From Candidatus Binatia bacterium (lineage in GTDB: Bacteria; Desulfobacterota; Binatia; HRBIN30), in NCBI GenBank assembly GCA_038245295.1, contig JBBRSP010000042.1, positions 1 to 39,473 of the forward strand: a stretch of 39,473 nt of DNA, read 5' to 3'. Below, one piece after another: positions 9,410-18,606 of this stretch (its first letter is position 1; the number at the start of each line of letters is the position of its first letter). The translations under genes and the position numbers were made by a program. Below the pieces are notes generated by a model, which searched no databases, was not told the DNA's origin, and worked only from the letters and a program-made list of their open reading frames with translations.

Positions 9410-10294
9410 CTACAAGGTTGCGTGCCAGTCGGCGATCGCGGTGCCGATCTCGTCGGGGGAATCCTCTTGAATGAAGTGTATGCCCGACACGGTTACCTCT
9501 TTCTGGTTGAGCCAGCGGCGACAGAAGTCGCGCTGTGGTCCGCGTAAGATGGCGCCCGGGTCGGCGTTCACGAATAGTTTGGGCAGCGGCGTCTCGGCCA
9601 TCCAGCGGGAGTAGTCTGATACGATCTCGACGACGTCCGCCGGCGTGCCGGCGATGGGGATCTCGCGCGGCCAGGTGAGGGTAGGGCGACGCCCTTCGCC
9701 AGGCGTGGCGAAAGGACGGCGGTAGGCGGCCATCTCTTCGTTGCTCAATTTGCGCAGGACGGAAGAGGGCAGCACCTGCTCGATGAAGACGTTCTGTTCA
9801 AGAATCATCGCCTCGCCGGCATCCGAGCGAAACGCCTGGAAGACTGCCTTGGCTGCCTTCGGCCAGTGATCCCACGATTCGATCGGCGCCACGATTCCCT
9901 CCATGTAGGCGATACCGCGCACGGCATCTCGGTGACGGTTGGCCCAATCGAATCCAAGCGCCGAGCCCCAGTCGTGAATCACCAGCGTGACGCGTTCGCT
10001 GACGCCGATGGCGGCGAGCAATCCGTCGAGGTAGGTGCGGTGTTCAATGAAACGATAGCGCTGCGGTCCGGACGGCTCGAGTTTCTCGGAGTCGCCCATG
10101 CCGATGAGATCGGGGGCAATGAGGCGACCGCGGCCCTCGAGGTGCGGCATGACGTTGCGCCAGAGATACGACGACGTCGGGTTGCCGTGCAGAAAGACGA
10201 TCGGATCGCCCTGACCTTCGTCGACGTAGGCCATGCGTTTACCGAGAACGTCGACGTAGTTGCGCGCATAGCGCGGAGCCGCGGAGATGGGCAT
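9410..10294 (-). CDS. Haloalkane dehalogenase (HLD-II, LinB/DhaA-like)
   Basis: [12 protein letters not shown], nucleophile HDWG, acid YME, base [25 protein letters not shown] upstream of ATG 10294 favours this start over 10366. Confidence 0.93.
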   Translation of the reverse strand: MPISAAPRYARNYVDVLGKRMAYVDEGQGDPIVFLHGNPTSSYLWRNVMPHLEGRGRLIAPDLIGMGDSEKLEPSGPQRYRFIEHRTYLDGLLAAIGVSERVTLVIHDWGSALGFDWANRHRDAVRGIAYMEGIVAPIESWDHWPKAAKAVFQAFRSDAGEAMILEQNVFIEQVLPSSVLRKLSNEEMAAYRRPFATPGEGRRPTLTWPREIPIAGTPADVVEIVSDYSRWMAETPLPKLFVNADPGAILRGPQRDFCRRWLNQKEVTVSGIHFIQEDSPDEIGTAIADWHATL

Positions 10295-10352
10295 CACAGT
10301 CCCTCCATCAGTCGGATCGTCGCCGAAAGTATCTTGTCTTCGCCGATCTATT

Positions 10353-10444
10353 GCCACGGATGACACAGATAAGGACAGATGCCGGCCTGCATCGCGGCCC
10401 GTGGTGTTGGCGCGCCATCTGTGTTCATCTCACCCATCTATGGC
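10353..10444. repeat. REP-like imperfect inverted repeat with periodic AGAT/GGAT cores
   Basis: gccacggatgacacagataaggacagatg (10353-10381) versus the reverse complement of 10416-10444, gccatagatgggtgagatgaacacagatg; 20 of 29 positions match. Confidence 0.7.
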
Positions 10445-10582
10445 CATACCCGTCCGCGAAGTGCCAGCTTGTCCCGGGATACGGGGCGAAGCCAGCGTCG
10501 TGATCTATGGATTTGGGAACGTGTTGGGCGGGGTCCCGGCACCATCACCAATGCGTTCGAGCGTCACCTTGACGCTAGCTCC

Positions 10583-10637
10583 GCCCGCAACCCAACCCCC
10601 GCGGAACGAAGTCAACAGGATGGACAGGATAAACAGG
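10583..10637 (+). repeat. Dispersed repeat, copy 1 (gcccgcaacccaacccc...aacaggatggacaggataaacagg)
   Basis: Near-identical copy at 14103-14163. Confidence 0.85.
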
Positions 10638-10704
10638 ATGGAGCGGGGAACTACATCGATTGCCCTGAGGCTGTTGCCCTCTTCCTCCCAATCGTTGAGG
10701 CCAT

Positions 10705-11049
10705 TCAGTGCGCTGCTCGCGCCTTACCGAGCAGCAATACCCTGACGTCGCCGTTAGCCTTCAGGCTGGCAAAGGCCAGGTAGGGGGCGAGCACCATCAT
10801 GCCGCCAAAAAGACCGAGCACTCCCAACGCAAGGCCTCCCGGAGAAAACTGGTGCCGCCAAGCAAGCCACAGTCCGGACAGGGTTAGGAAACCCATGAAG
10901 TCAGAGTTGAACTGACCGGGCCACGTCATCGCCGCCATATCGCCAAAGAACACGGGCAGCAGGTTCCAACCATGATTGAGGCCGACGATCATCGTATAGG
11001 TGCCGAGGCAAGCAACTACGATTGCCAGATATGTGCGAAACGCGCCCAT
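10705..11049 (-). CDS. Small integral membrane protein (about 3-4 TM), unknown function
   Basis: Hydrophobic 114-aa ORF with WPGQFNSDF motif; GGGAGA RBS upstream. Confidence 0.8.
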   Translation of the reverse strand: MGAFRTYLAIVVACLGTYTMIVGLNHGWNLLPVFFGDMAAMTWPGQFNSDFMGFLTLSGLWLAWRHQFSPGGLALGVLGLFGGMMVLAPYLAFASLKANGDVRVLLLGKARAAH

Positions 11050-11086
11050 GATTCGTTCTCCCCTTGATGAGTGTGTACACGCGAAT

Positions 11087-11809
11087 TCATGCCGCCGAAC
11101 GGATCGGCGCGACGCCGTAGCGAAGGCGCACGACCGCGACCGACTCCTCGAACATCGACTCCCACGTTTCGAACTGTAGGTTCCTCACCGCGCGACCATA
11201 CTGCCATCCCTGGGCGATCGCATCCATGACTGGCACGATGCTATCTGGCTGCAGAAACGTCATTCGCGAAGTGGTGGTTGCCATCCACATGCCGAAGTAC
11301 GGGAACTGCAGCTGGGCCAGGCAGAAGGCCTGGAGCGACAGCTCGTCGAGACCACTCGAGGTGTAGCCGGTGACCACGTGCAGAATGTCGTGGATTTGGA
11401 ACCCCCGGATTATCGCGTACTTCATCTCCTCTGGCATCCGATCGAGGTGACCAGCCGCCGCCACGGCGTCGTGCAGCATCTTGTAGTTCGTAGCGAGGTT
11501 CTTCTCGAGCCCGTTTTTCGTCAGAAAATCGTGGTAGCCTCGCCCTACCGATTCGGTCGGCATTGCCTCGAGCGCTTCGAGGGTGATGGGATCCGCGAAG
11601 TAGCGCTGGGCGAGGAATTCGTCTGCTCCTGGCGTAGAACGAAAGTTTTCGAGATAGCGTTCGATCGTAAGCTCCGGCGCGTGATGCCACCACTCGTTGA
11701 AGAGCAGATGGACGCCATGTTCGTCCGAGTCATTAAACGTCCGCACCATCTTCTCAACGAACTCGGGATGCAGTCTGGGCTCGGAGGTCGGAGGCCTAGA
11801 TGCTGACAT
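11087..11809 (-). CDS. Coq4 family protein
   Basis: LEAMPTESVGRGY and HDILHVVTGY...DEL (HDxxH-x11-E metal motif). AGGAG RBS before ATG 11809. Confidence 0.88.
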   Translation of the reverse strand: MSASRPPTSEPRLHPEFVEKMVRTFNDSDEHGVHLLFNEWWHHAPELTIERYLENFRSTPGADEFLAQRYFADPITLEALEAMPTESVGRGYHDFLTKNGLEKNLATNYKMLHDAVAAAGHLDRMPEEMKYAIIRGFQIHDILHVVTGYTSSGLDELSLQAFCLAQLQFPYFGMWMATTTSRMTFLQPDSIVPVMDAIAQGWQYGRAVRNLQFETWESMFEESVAVVRLRYGVAPIRSAA

Positions 11810-11936
11810 GCGTTTCTCCTCTTCTCGATCGTGTTGGGCGCAACTCTCGTCGCCGCCGAACCCTCCGCCATCGCCTGCGCACGTCATTGTTACGCGTCTC
11901 GTCGATGGCGGTGGTTCGGCTCGCATTGGGCACCCT

Positions 11937-12275
11937 CTACTCGACGGGAAGGACGTGATCATCAAAGGCGACGAGCGTGCGGATGCCCATGATGTACGTG
12001 GCCCCTTCGGTGGTATGCGCGGCATGTGGGGTACGAGCAGGAAGAATCAGCTTATCTCCGGGCTTGAGGTGGTAGTCCTTGCCGGTGCTGAGATCGCTAA
12101 ACTCCATGGACCCCGCAACGATGTAAAGGGTTTCGTCATCGCGGTGACGATGCGGCGCGTAAGAACAGCCCGGCTTGTCCATCCACGAGATGGGCCAGTA
12201 GCCGTCACTCATTATCTCACCAATTGCCTCTTCCTTCTTCTGGAAGTGCGCCGGCAGAACACGGATGGCAGTCAT
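11937..12275 (-). CDS. Cupin domain protein
   Basis: PHRHRDDETLYIVAGSM...LKPGDKLILPARTPHAA cupin motifs; GGAGG RBS. Confidence 0.88.
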   Translation of the reverse strand: MTAIRVLPAHFQKKEEAIGEIMSDGYWPISWMDKPGCSYAPHRHRDDETLYIVAGSMEFSDLSTGKDYHLKPGDKLILPARTPHAAHTTEGATYIMGIRTLVAFDDHVLPVE

Positions 12276-12575
12276 CGTCGATCCTCCAATGGGAGCGTCT
12301 TGCCCGCAAGCCCGCGCCCTTCAGGCTCCCCACTGCTGCATCAAACCTACACCACGCAGCCCCCAGACCCCAGGCTAACACAATTTCACCCATACAGCTC
12401 GCTCACCTGGCGCGCCTGGCGAGCAGTCGCCCCACCTCGAATGGTGGCTCAATTCAACCGCGCCTTGGAAAGGCGTTCGCCTTGACTTTCCTGCTCAACC
12501 GCCCCCTCGCATCCGGTTCGGCCCGAGAGGCCTCTGAGGTTGAAGGTCCTCGAACCACGGAGTGGATTCGCGGGC

Positions 12576-12791
12576 ATGAGCATTGAGCTTTCCGGCAACG
12601 TGGAAGAACAGCTCCGAGACCTAGCAACCAAACAAGGGCGCCACGTGACGGCGCTCATTGAGGATGCGATCCGCCAGTACATCGAGGCCGCCGCGATCAC
12701 CGATCTCGATCCCTCGCAGGTAGCCGAGGCGCAGGCCGCGATGTTGGGTGAACTCCCCGCACCAGCGGCCTGGAAGACTGACGAGGCGTGA
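12576..12791 (+). CDS. Ribbon-helix-helix (CopG-like) antitoxin
   Basis: MSIELSGNVEEQLRDLATKQGRHVTALIEDAIRQYI; its stop overlaps the toxin start (GTGA). Confidence 0.8.
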   Translation: MSIELSGNVEEQLRDLATKQGRHVTALIEDAIRQYIEAAAITDLDPSQVAEAQAAMLGELPAPAAWKTDEA

Positions 12792-12976
12792 AGCGCGGCG
12801 AGGTCTGGTGGGCTGACCTGCTACCGCCAGTTGGTAGCCGGCCGGCCGTTATCCTGGCGCGCGATGCTGTGCTCGCGAACATCGGTGCAGTCGTCGTTGC
12901 CTTCGTGACGCGAACGATCAGGAACCTGCCAACGGAAGTCGCCCTCGGCCGCCGCCAAGGTCTGCCGGTCAGTTGA
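12788..12976 (+). pseudogene. PemK/MazF toxin, 3'-truncated (62 aa)
   Basis: MKRGEVWWADLLPPVGSRPAVIL...TRTIRNLPTEVALG...GLP then stop. The C-terminal ~40 aa typical of MazF is missing. Confidence 0.85.
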
Positions 12977-13144
12977 GTCGTATCGGCGGAATGAAATTTC
13001 TCCGGAAAAGGAGGTATCCCAGGCTACGACGAAACCTCCATCTGACGTTGCGCAAAGGAGGGTGCGCGTGGGGTAGACGTTGGTTGCCACGGCGAAGGTG
13101 GGAACGAGCGGAACGTGATTGGGATCCACTTGTCGGCCCCACAC
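12970..13144 (-). pseudogene. Fragment of a secreted repeat protein (GGFVVAW blade)
   Basis: ...LLCATSDGGFVVAWDTSFSGEISFRRYDST resembles beta-propeller repeats of large secreted proteins; it abuts the MazF break. Confidence 0.45.
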
Positions 13145-13157
13145 TGACTGTCCACTG

Positions 13158-13216
13158 CCGGAAACGGCTCACCACCGATGGTGACTCCGAGCTCGGTCGC
13201 GTGCGTGAAGTCGGTC
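13158..13216 (-). mobile_element. IS21-family istA fragment
   Basis: TDFTHATELGVTIGGEPFP matches the IstA segment around the first catalytic Asp. Confidence 0.65.
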
Positions 13217-13459
13217 ACCACTGCACCACTGTGCGCATCACCGGCACATCACTGCGCCCGCCGCAGGAGTAATCCGCTTGGCTCGGCAACACCACTCTCC
13301 GCCCCATCAACTTCGTCTCATCTACGCCTGCATCCGCCCCGGCCACATGCACCGTCGTGCCATCGGCGATCGCAGACTCAGAATCGTCTCCGCATTTCAA
13401 AACTTCGAGTCGGTCAACTTTGGCGAGCGCAAGTGGGTCAATTCTCACGAGCGCTGACG
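13216..13459 (+). mobile_element. IS21-family right end: istB 3' end plus terminal repeats
   Basis: HHCTTVRITGTSLRPPQE* (IstB C-terminus, stop at 13272), then subterminal repeats ggtcaactttggcgagcgc / ggtcaattctcacgagcgctgac typical of IS21 ends. Confidence 0.7.
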
Positions 13460-13557
13460 GGCTTCGACGCGGGCCGCCTGTTCTCCGTGATTCCGACCCG
13501 AACGAATGGAAGACCGACGACCCAGAACCGACTGCCGACAATGAACCATGGGATTCC

Positions 13558-13649
13558 TTACATGGGTTCGGAGGTCCAGGTGCCCAGGAAACAAACTTTA
13601 CATGGGTCCGGAGGTCCGGGTGCTCAGGAAATAAACTTTACATGGGTCC
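13558..13649 (+). repeat. 40-bp tandem repeat, about 2.3 copies
   Basis: ttacatgggt(t/c)cggaggtcc(a/g)ggtgc(c/t)caggaaa(c/t)aaact starting at 13558, 13598 and 13638. Confidence 0.9.
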
Positions 13650-13683
13650 CGAGCGTCACTGGCCTTCCGGAAACCCGACGCGT

Positions 13684-14070
13684 GTGAAGGAGCGTCTCGA
13701 CACCTTCCTCGATGTGCACCGCCGCTACATCGAGCTACACGCCCAGGTCGAACAGGGCCAAACCCAGGAGCGCCAGCAATTCTTGCGGGTCCAGCAGCTC
13801 GACGACAAGGAGGACGATGCACTGAACAACTTGTCGATCGCGCTGCAGAATGCCGGCGAGGGGCGCATCAACCCGTTCGCCAGCTTTGCAGCGGACGGCC
13901 CGAGCTCCATCGCCGCACTACCGTTTGGCGATGAAGTGGTGGCGATTCACAAGCTGGGGTTGCGGCGATCCGCCGCACCAAAGGGATGTCGCCAAAGGTG
14001 CTCGATGCGGCGGACGCCGTCGAGACAGCGGCGGTCGCGGTCAAAGAGGCTCTGCCTGCCTGGGAGCTGC
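13684..14070 (+). pseudogene. Frameshifted all-alpha hypothetical protein relic
   Basis: VKERLDTFLDVHRRY...NPFASF...LPFGDEVVAIHKLG continues in another frame as VAAIRRTKGMSPKVLDAADAVETAAVAVKEAL; the shift falls at the G-run near 13956. Confidence 0.55.
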
Positions 14071-14102
14071 GCCCTCGTCTTTGTGAGCACGACACGGGCT
14101 TT

Positions 14103-14163
14103 GCCCGCAACCCAACCCCACACCCCGCAGAACAAATCCAACAGGATGGACAGGATAAACAGG
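14103..14163 (+). repeat. Dispersed repeat, copy 2
   Basis: Matches 10583-10637. Confidence 0.85.
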
Positions 14164-14352
14164 GCGTTGGCCGGCAATTCGTCTTCAGCGTTGTGCAGAA
14201 CGGAGTCGGGCTGCCCCCAGCCCGCGGTCGGCGGATTATCCTCAACAAATCCAACCAGTTTTGAGGCGATCCGTCTGCGGCGGCGTGAGGGCCATCCTTC
14301 GCGCCGAGCGCTCCGGACGGGAGCCACGCCGACTCCGTCCATACGAATGCAA

Positions 14353-14790
14353 TTACCGGGCAAAGCCGGGGCGGGCGGCCGGTGCAACGACGGCATACCT
14401 CAGGTCGGCGTAGCGCAGCCCGACAAGGCGATGGTGCGCCATGTCGACGGCGACCAGGGATTGCTCGAGGATAGTGTAGCCAAGCAGCGGTTCGAGCTTG
14501 CCGTCGTGTGGTTCCATCGGGATGAAGATCACTTCGCCAATCACGCGGCGGAAACCTTCGATCTGGATTTCAACGGGTCCGCATACTTCGCCGCAGATGA
14601 TGCTCTGGTCGGCCGTGACGAGCTCGACGGTGCTGACCACGGCCGGATCTCCGAGGAGAGATCGCCACGTCGCGGGCAAGACCAATCCGTAGGCGCCCGT
14701 ATCTACCAGGGCGTCGATCTCCATCTGTTTCGACGGCTCCATCACGTTCATCACCCGAACCCGCGTCATGATGCGGCCCATCTTTTCCAT
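14353..14790 (-). CDS. Clan AA (retroviral-like) aspartyl protease family protein
   Basis: ALVDTGA and EPLLGYTILEQ motifs; AAGGAGG RBS before ATG 14790. Confidence 0.85.
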   Translation of the reverse strand: MEKMGRIMTRVRVMNVMEPSKQMEIDALVDTGAYGLVLPATWRSLLGDPAVVSTVELVTADQSIICGEVCGPVEIQIEGFRRVIGEVIFIPMEPHDGKLEPLLGYTILEQSLVAVDMAHHRLVGLRYADLRYAVVAPAARPGFAR

Positions 14791-14836
14791 CCCTCCTTCG
14801 TACGCCCCGCGTGCGTGATTGCCAACGTTTTTCGAC

Positions 14837-15313
14837 TCAGTGAAAAGTCCGATCGAGGCTACGGTACTGAATGGCCTCGGCGATGTGTTGGGCGTTGATG
14901 CCGTCGGCACCTTCGAGGTCGGCGATCGTGCGCGCCACTTTCAGGATACGCGTGTAGGCTCGGGCGCTGAGGCCGAGCTTCGTCAAGGCGCGTTCGATGA
15001 GATCCTTACCCGCGGCGTCGAGATCGCAGCAGGGTTTCATGTCGCGGGGCGCCATCTGCGCGTTGCAGTACACGGCGCGCGCACCAAAGCGCTGCAGTTG
15101 ACGCCGTCGCGCCTCTTCGACGCGGCCGCGGATGGTGTGTGACGACTCAGTCGGACTCTCGGTTGCCAGCTCGCGGTAGCGCACGGGCGGCACTTCGACC
15201 TGGATGTCGATGCGGTCGAGCAGGGGGCCAGACACTTTGGATCGGTAGCGCTCGACCTGCGCTGCCGAGCAGGTGCACTCCTTTTGTGGATCTCCGTAGT
15301 AGCCGCAAGGGCA
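14837..15313 (-). pseudogene. comM: 3' part of comM/YifB Mg-chelatase-like AAA+ ATPase, interrupted at (N)PCPCG
   Basis: In frame from 15313: CPCGYYGDPQKECTCSAAQVERYRSKVSGPLLDRIDIQVEVP...LSARAYTRILKVARTIADL...HIAEAIQYRSLDR. Upstream of CPCG the codon is G rather than the expected (MN)P and homology stops. Confidence 0.93.
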
Positions 15314-15321
15314 TCCCTGCG

Positions 15322-15768
15322 TTGCCTTGTGCTCATTCGACCATCACCGTCGATTTCCCTACAGATTCGCGCTATCCGATCGAACTGAAGACGCACGGCG
15401 ACCATATTCGCTGGCGCCGCTTGGATCTCGGGCTCCTTCAGCGGGAGGTCGCCGAGCGACTGGGCGTGTCCGAAGCTTCGGTGTGGCAGTGGGAACGGAG
15501 CCGTACGACCCCGCCGCCTCGCTACATCCCGAGGATCTACGACTTCCTTGGTTATTGTCCATGGGAGCCGGCATCGGGTTTTCCCGCAATGCTTCGCCGG
15601 CACCGAATGGCTGCCGGCCTGACGCAAGAGCAACTAGGAGTCGAGGCCAAGATTGACGAAAGCACTCTCGCCAAGTGGGAGCGCGGTCATACCGCCCCGC
15701 TCGCGGCAACTCGCGAGCGGCTCGATCGGTTCTTCACTAATCTAAGGTTGGGCTACCGTCGGGAGTAG
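15322..15768 (+). CDS. Tandem XRE/HTH_3 transcriptional regulator (probable TTG start at 15322)
   Basis: Two HTHs: IRWRRLDLGLLQREVAERLGVSEASVWQWE and LRRHRMAAGLTQEQLGVEAKIDESTLAKWERG. The ORF-track extension to 15139 is antisense to comM. Confidence 0.85.
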   Translation: MPCAHSTITVDFPTDSRYPIELKTHGDHIRWRRLDLGLLQREVAERLGVSEASVWQWERSRTTPPPRYIPRIYDFLGYCPWEPASGFPAMLRRHRMAAGLTQEQLGVEAKIDESTLAKWERGHTAPLAATRERLDRFFTNLRLGYRRE

Positions 15769-15946
15769 GTCCCCGGCGAGGCGCGGGTTAATAGATGTGA
15801 TCCCGTTTCGAGTTCTAGACCACGGCTTCTCGGCAGCCGGTGCGAGCGGCTGCAGGGAGACGCTGGTTATCCAGCTCTGCGGGACCGACGGCGGTCCTCT
15901 GCCCGCACAGGATGTCGCGGCGGGCCGACTCGGCTAGTGGCGACGG

Positions 15947-16156
15947 GTGCACGGCGTCTACTACCGCTGGACGGGGTTTATCGATGGCAAGAGAACCACC
16001 AAGACCATCAGCCGCCAGGCAGCGCTGGAGTGTCAGCGGCGCATTCAGAATTTCCGCAAGTTACAACGCGAGATCGACCGCGTCGTGCGCGCAGCCTTTG
16101 AAGAAGCCCCCTGGCTGCCAGGCGTCGCGCAACCAAAGAGAGGAAAGAAACGATGA
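15947..16156 (+). pseudogene. C-terminal part of a DUF6788-like IS accessory protein
   Basis: HGVYYRWTGFIDGKRTTKTIS...CQRRIQNFRKLQREID resembles the HGPYYxW...GKT motif of small genes upstream of ISKra4/ISAzo13-type transposases. Confidence 0.55.
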
Positions 16157-16203
16157 GCTAGCCGCGCCACTACTTGTGGGTAATTGAAAGGTTGGTCGAC
16201 CGC

Positions 16204-16428
16204 TTACAGGATGACCGCAACGACCACTTCGTCTCCTGGGAAGCCAGCGGCTGACCGCACGCTCATCCAGCCGTCGGACGAAGCGGTCGGAACCGCCCTT
16301 GGCGACGGCGTTTGCGTCGGCGTAGCTGTGTTGGTGGGCGTGAACGTCGGAAGTGGTGACAAGGTCCCAGTTGGTGTCAGGGTGGGCGTAGGCGAAATAC
16401 ACGCCTGGCCAACGCACGCACCGTTCTA
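16204..16428 (-). pseudogene. Relic of a Cys-rich/PT-linker secreted protein
   Basis: Manual translation NGACVGQACISPTPTLTPTGTLSPLPTFTPTNTATPTQTPSP...SAAGFPGDEVVVAVIL*, bounded by stops and lacking a start. Confidence 0.6.
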
Positions 16429-16539
16429 ACCTTGCGCAGCGGATCAGGAAAGCGTTTGACGAGCAGTCCCATCGATTGCGTTTCGCCGCGCACAGAGCAG
16501 GTACGGAATGCTCAACCGCGCCCGCGCGGCCCGTACTAC

Positions 16540-18606
16540 TCAACAGGTGCCGAGTGCGCTGCTGACGGCCGCAAGGATCTCATCGATCGTGACCATTCCA
16601 TCTAAATTGGTGTCGGCGGGAGCACATCGCTCAATGTCGAGTCGCCCGAGGGCAATCGCGACAGTACGAATCAATTCATCAAGCGTTACCATTCCATCCG
16701 CGTTGCAATCTCCCTGGCATGAAGAAAACGAAAGCATCGCGAGAGCCGAGGGTTGCGTCCCAGTCGCAATAGTCGAGGACACATACTTTCCGGCAGTATT
16801 AATGATACTGATAGAGTCCGAGTCCCGATTGGCCACCCACATTTCCTGGCGATCCGATGTCAACTCCATGGCAACCGGCCATCGTCCCACTTCTCGCGAC
16901 AGTACCCCCCCAGAAGAATCAATAATATTTACCCGTCCACGCCCCGAACCTGGATTACCGAGGCCGATATAAAGCTCAGAGGTATTTGATGGAACGGCCA
17001 GAGACAAGACGTTGTCCAAGGAGAACTGCATACCTGATTCAACTGCGGGCCCGATCCCTTGTTCTTGCAAGTCGAGATCGACACGCCGAACCTCGCCCGA
17101 GTTCTTGCATGCGACGTAGACTACATGCGTTTCGGGGTGCGCAATCAGATCAACGGGACCGCACAGACCTAATGGAATCAGCGCAGTCACTTTGTGCAGC
17201 AGGGTATCAACTCCATACAGCGTCTCGGAAGCGTATGCGGCGGCCCAAAGCCGTTTGCCGCCAGGCTCCATGACCAGCGCACTCACGCTATCGCCTATAG
17301 AAATTCTCCCGACTATCTGCTGGGCTTTGACGTCGATCTCGGTGATCGTTCCCTGACTGGGATTGCTGACATATACCCTCTGTCCATCGGGACTACTGCA
17401 GGCTGCATCGGACGAGGAATCGAGGTACAGACGGGAAGTAATCGCTCGCTGCGCTGCGTCGAGAAATGATACAGCCCCCTCGCGAAACTCCGTAATTACG
17501 GCCAGGCGCGAATTTGGTACCCGAGCAATACTGAGCGGTCCCGCACCAACGGCCACTACACCCAAAACGCGCTTGTTCTTTTGATCAAGAATCGACACGT
17601 TGCCTGACTCGAAATTGGCGACCAGAGCCAGCGCATATGGTCGTCCTGGCAAGGTTGAAGGTTGAGTAGCTGTAGGTGACGGTGTGGGAGTCAAGCTTGC
17701 CTGCTCCGTGTCTGGAGGGGTCGGATTCGTACCTGCAAGCCTCCAGCCCATATCAAGCAGGGCCGGGATAAGAAGCCCTGGGTCGTGTTGAGGCACTTGA
17801 TATGAGGAGGTCATGAGTTCCCCAGCAAGCGAGTCATCCCAATGACCAATACTAGATCCGCTGCGGAATACGCGTGGAGCGAAAACCAGCGCGGTAGGAA
17901 TTATCGCCCGAACCCGCGGACTGTTCCATTCAAGGTCTCCAAATACAGATGCGGCAACACGCTCACTATCGAGCATCGTGCCGAATCCACCAACTCCAGG
18001 ACGAAACAACATCAGGTCAAAAATGCTCGGAAGATCGTTCGGAAACCGATCGGCAGGGCGTGTGAAAAGCGAGAAGAATCCTAGGCCATGGCCGAGCTCG
18101 TGAAGAGCGACAGTAACGAAGTCGGTATCCACGTCCGGTTTTCCGTCGAGTCCGTAATACCAGTTGATTGAACCCAGCACCTCTGGATTGTCGACATCTC
18201 CATTAAATACAACTTCCATCTCGGCGTCGTTCTGCCCATTCAAGTCAGCGTGTGCGAGTTGATTCGCCAATGCCGCACCGTACCAGACGTTTCGTTTTGC
18301 CCCGCTGAAATTCCGATGAATGGTCGAAGCGCGTGTCGAGGCGAGGAGAGCGCTAGTGCCTGACCCGCCGAGCGGGTTCATCGCAACATTGACGATGACA
18401 CGAGCCGTGCCCGCGAGCGTGTTCGACCAGTAGTCAACTGCGAACTGAAACGCGCCACGCCGGAGTGAGCCAAGGTTGGGGTCATAGAAGCCTTCGTCTG
18501 CGTCATCCACGTAATTAACTCGTAAATCCAGACCTTCCGCGCGGTAGGAAAACAGCATGGAATGAGCACAAACGACTGCCACGATAATCCGTGCACCTAT
18601 CTGCAC
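16540..18606 (-). CDS. Secreted zinc metallopeptidase + PT linker + YVTN beta-propeller + dockerin
   Basis: VALHELGHGLGF (HExxH), GSSIGHWD...LMT; YVTN-like blades (VANFESGNVSILD, YVSNPSQGTITEID, WVANRDSDSISIIN); tail CQGDCNADGMVTLDELI...DTNLDGMVTIDEIL. Confidence 0.88.
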   Translation of the reverse strand: MQIGARIIVAVVCAHSMLFSYRAEGLDLRVNYVDDADEGFYDPNLGSLRRGAFQFAVDYWSNTLAGTARVIVNVAMNPLGGSGTSALLASTRASTIHRNFSGAKRNVWYGAALANQLAHADLNGQNDAEMEVVFNGDVDNPEVLGSINWYYGLDGKPDVDTDFVTVALHELGHGLGFFSLFTRPADRFPNDLPSIFDLMLFRPGVGGFGTMLDSERVAASVFGDLEWNSPRVRAIIPTALVFAPRVFRSGSSIGHWDDSLAGELMTSSYQVPQHDPGLLIPALLDMGWRLAGTNPTPPDTEQASLTPTPSPTATQPSTLPGRPYALALVANFESGNVSILDQKNKRVLGVVAVGAGPLSIARVPNSRLAVITEFREGAVSFLDAAQRAITSRLYLDSSSDAACSSPDGQRVYVSNPSQGTITEIDVKAQQIVGRISIGDSVSALVMEPGGKRLWAAAYASETLYGVDTLLHKVTALIPLGLCGPVDLIAHPETHVVYVACKNSGEVRRVDLDLQEQGIGPAVESGMQFSLDNVLSLAVPSNTSELYIGLGNPGSGRGRVNIIDSSGGVLSREVGRWPVAMELTSDRQEMWVANRDSDSISIINTAGKYVSSTIATGTQPSALAMLSFSSCQGDCNADGMVTLDELIRTVAIALGRLDIERCAPADTNLDGMVTIDEILAAVSSALGTC

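Noticed and set aside
11810..12025. N-terminal extension of the Coq4 ORF (312 aa)
   Set aside because: Overlaps the cupin gene; a good RBS and ATG exist at 11809.
13558..13649. Possible mini CRISPR array
   Set aside because: Units are contiguous and near-identical with no unique spacers, and no cas genes are present.
13357..14898. 513-aa + strand ORF
   Set aside because: It is a read-through across an IS end, a tandem repeat, a gene relic and the antisense of the aspartyl protease. Only ~13684-13960 looks protein-like.
15139..15321. N-terminal extension of the XRE ORF
   Set aside because: Antisense to the conserved comM frame; composition is not protein-like.
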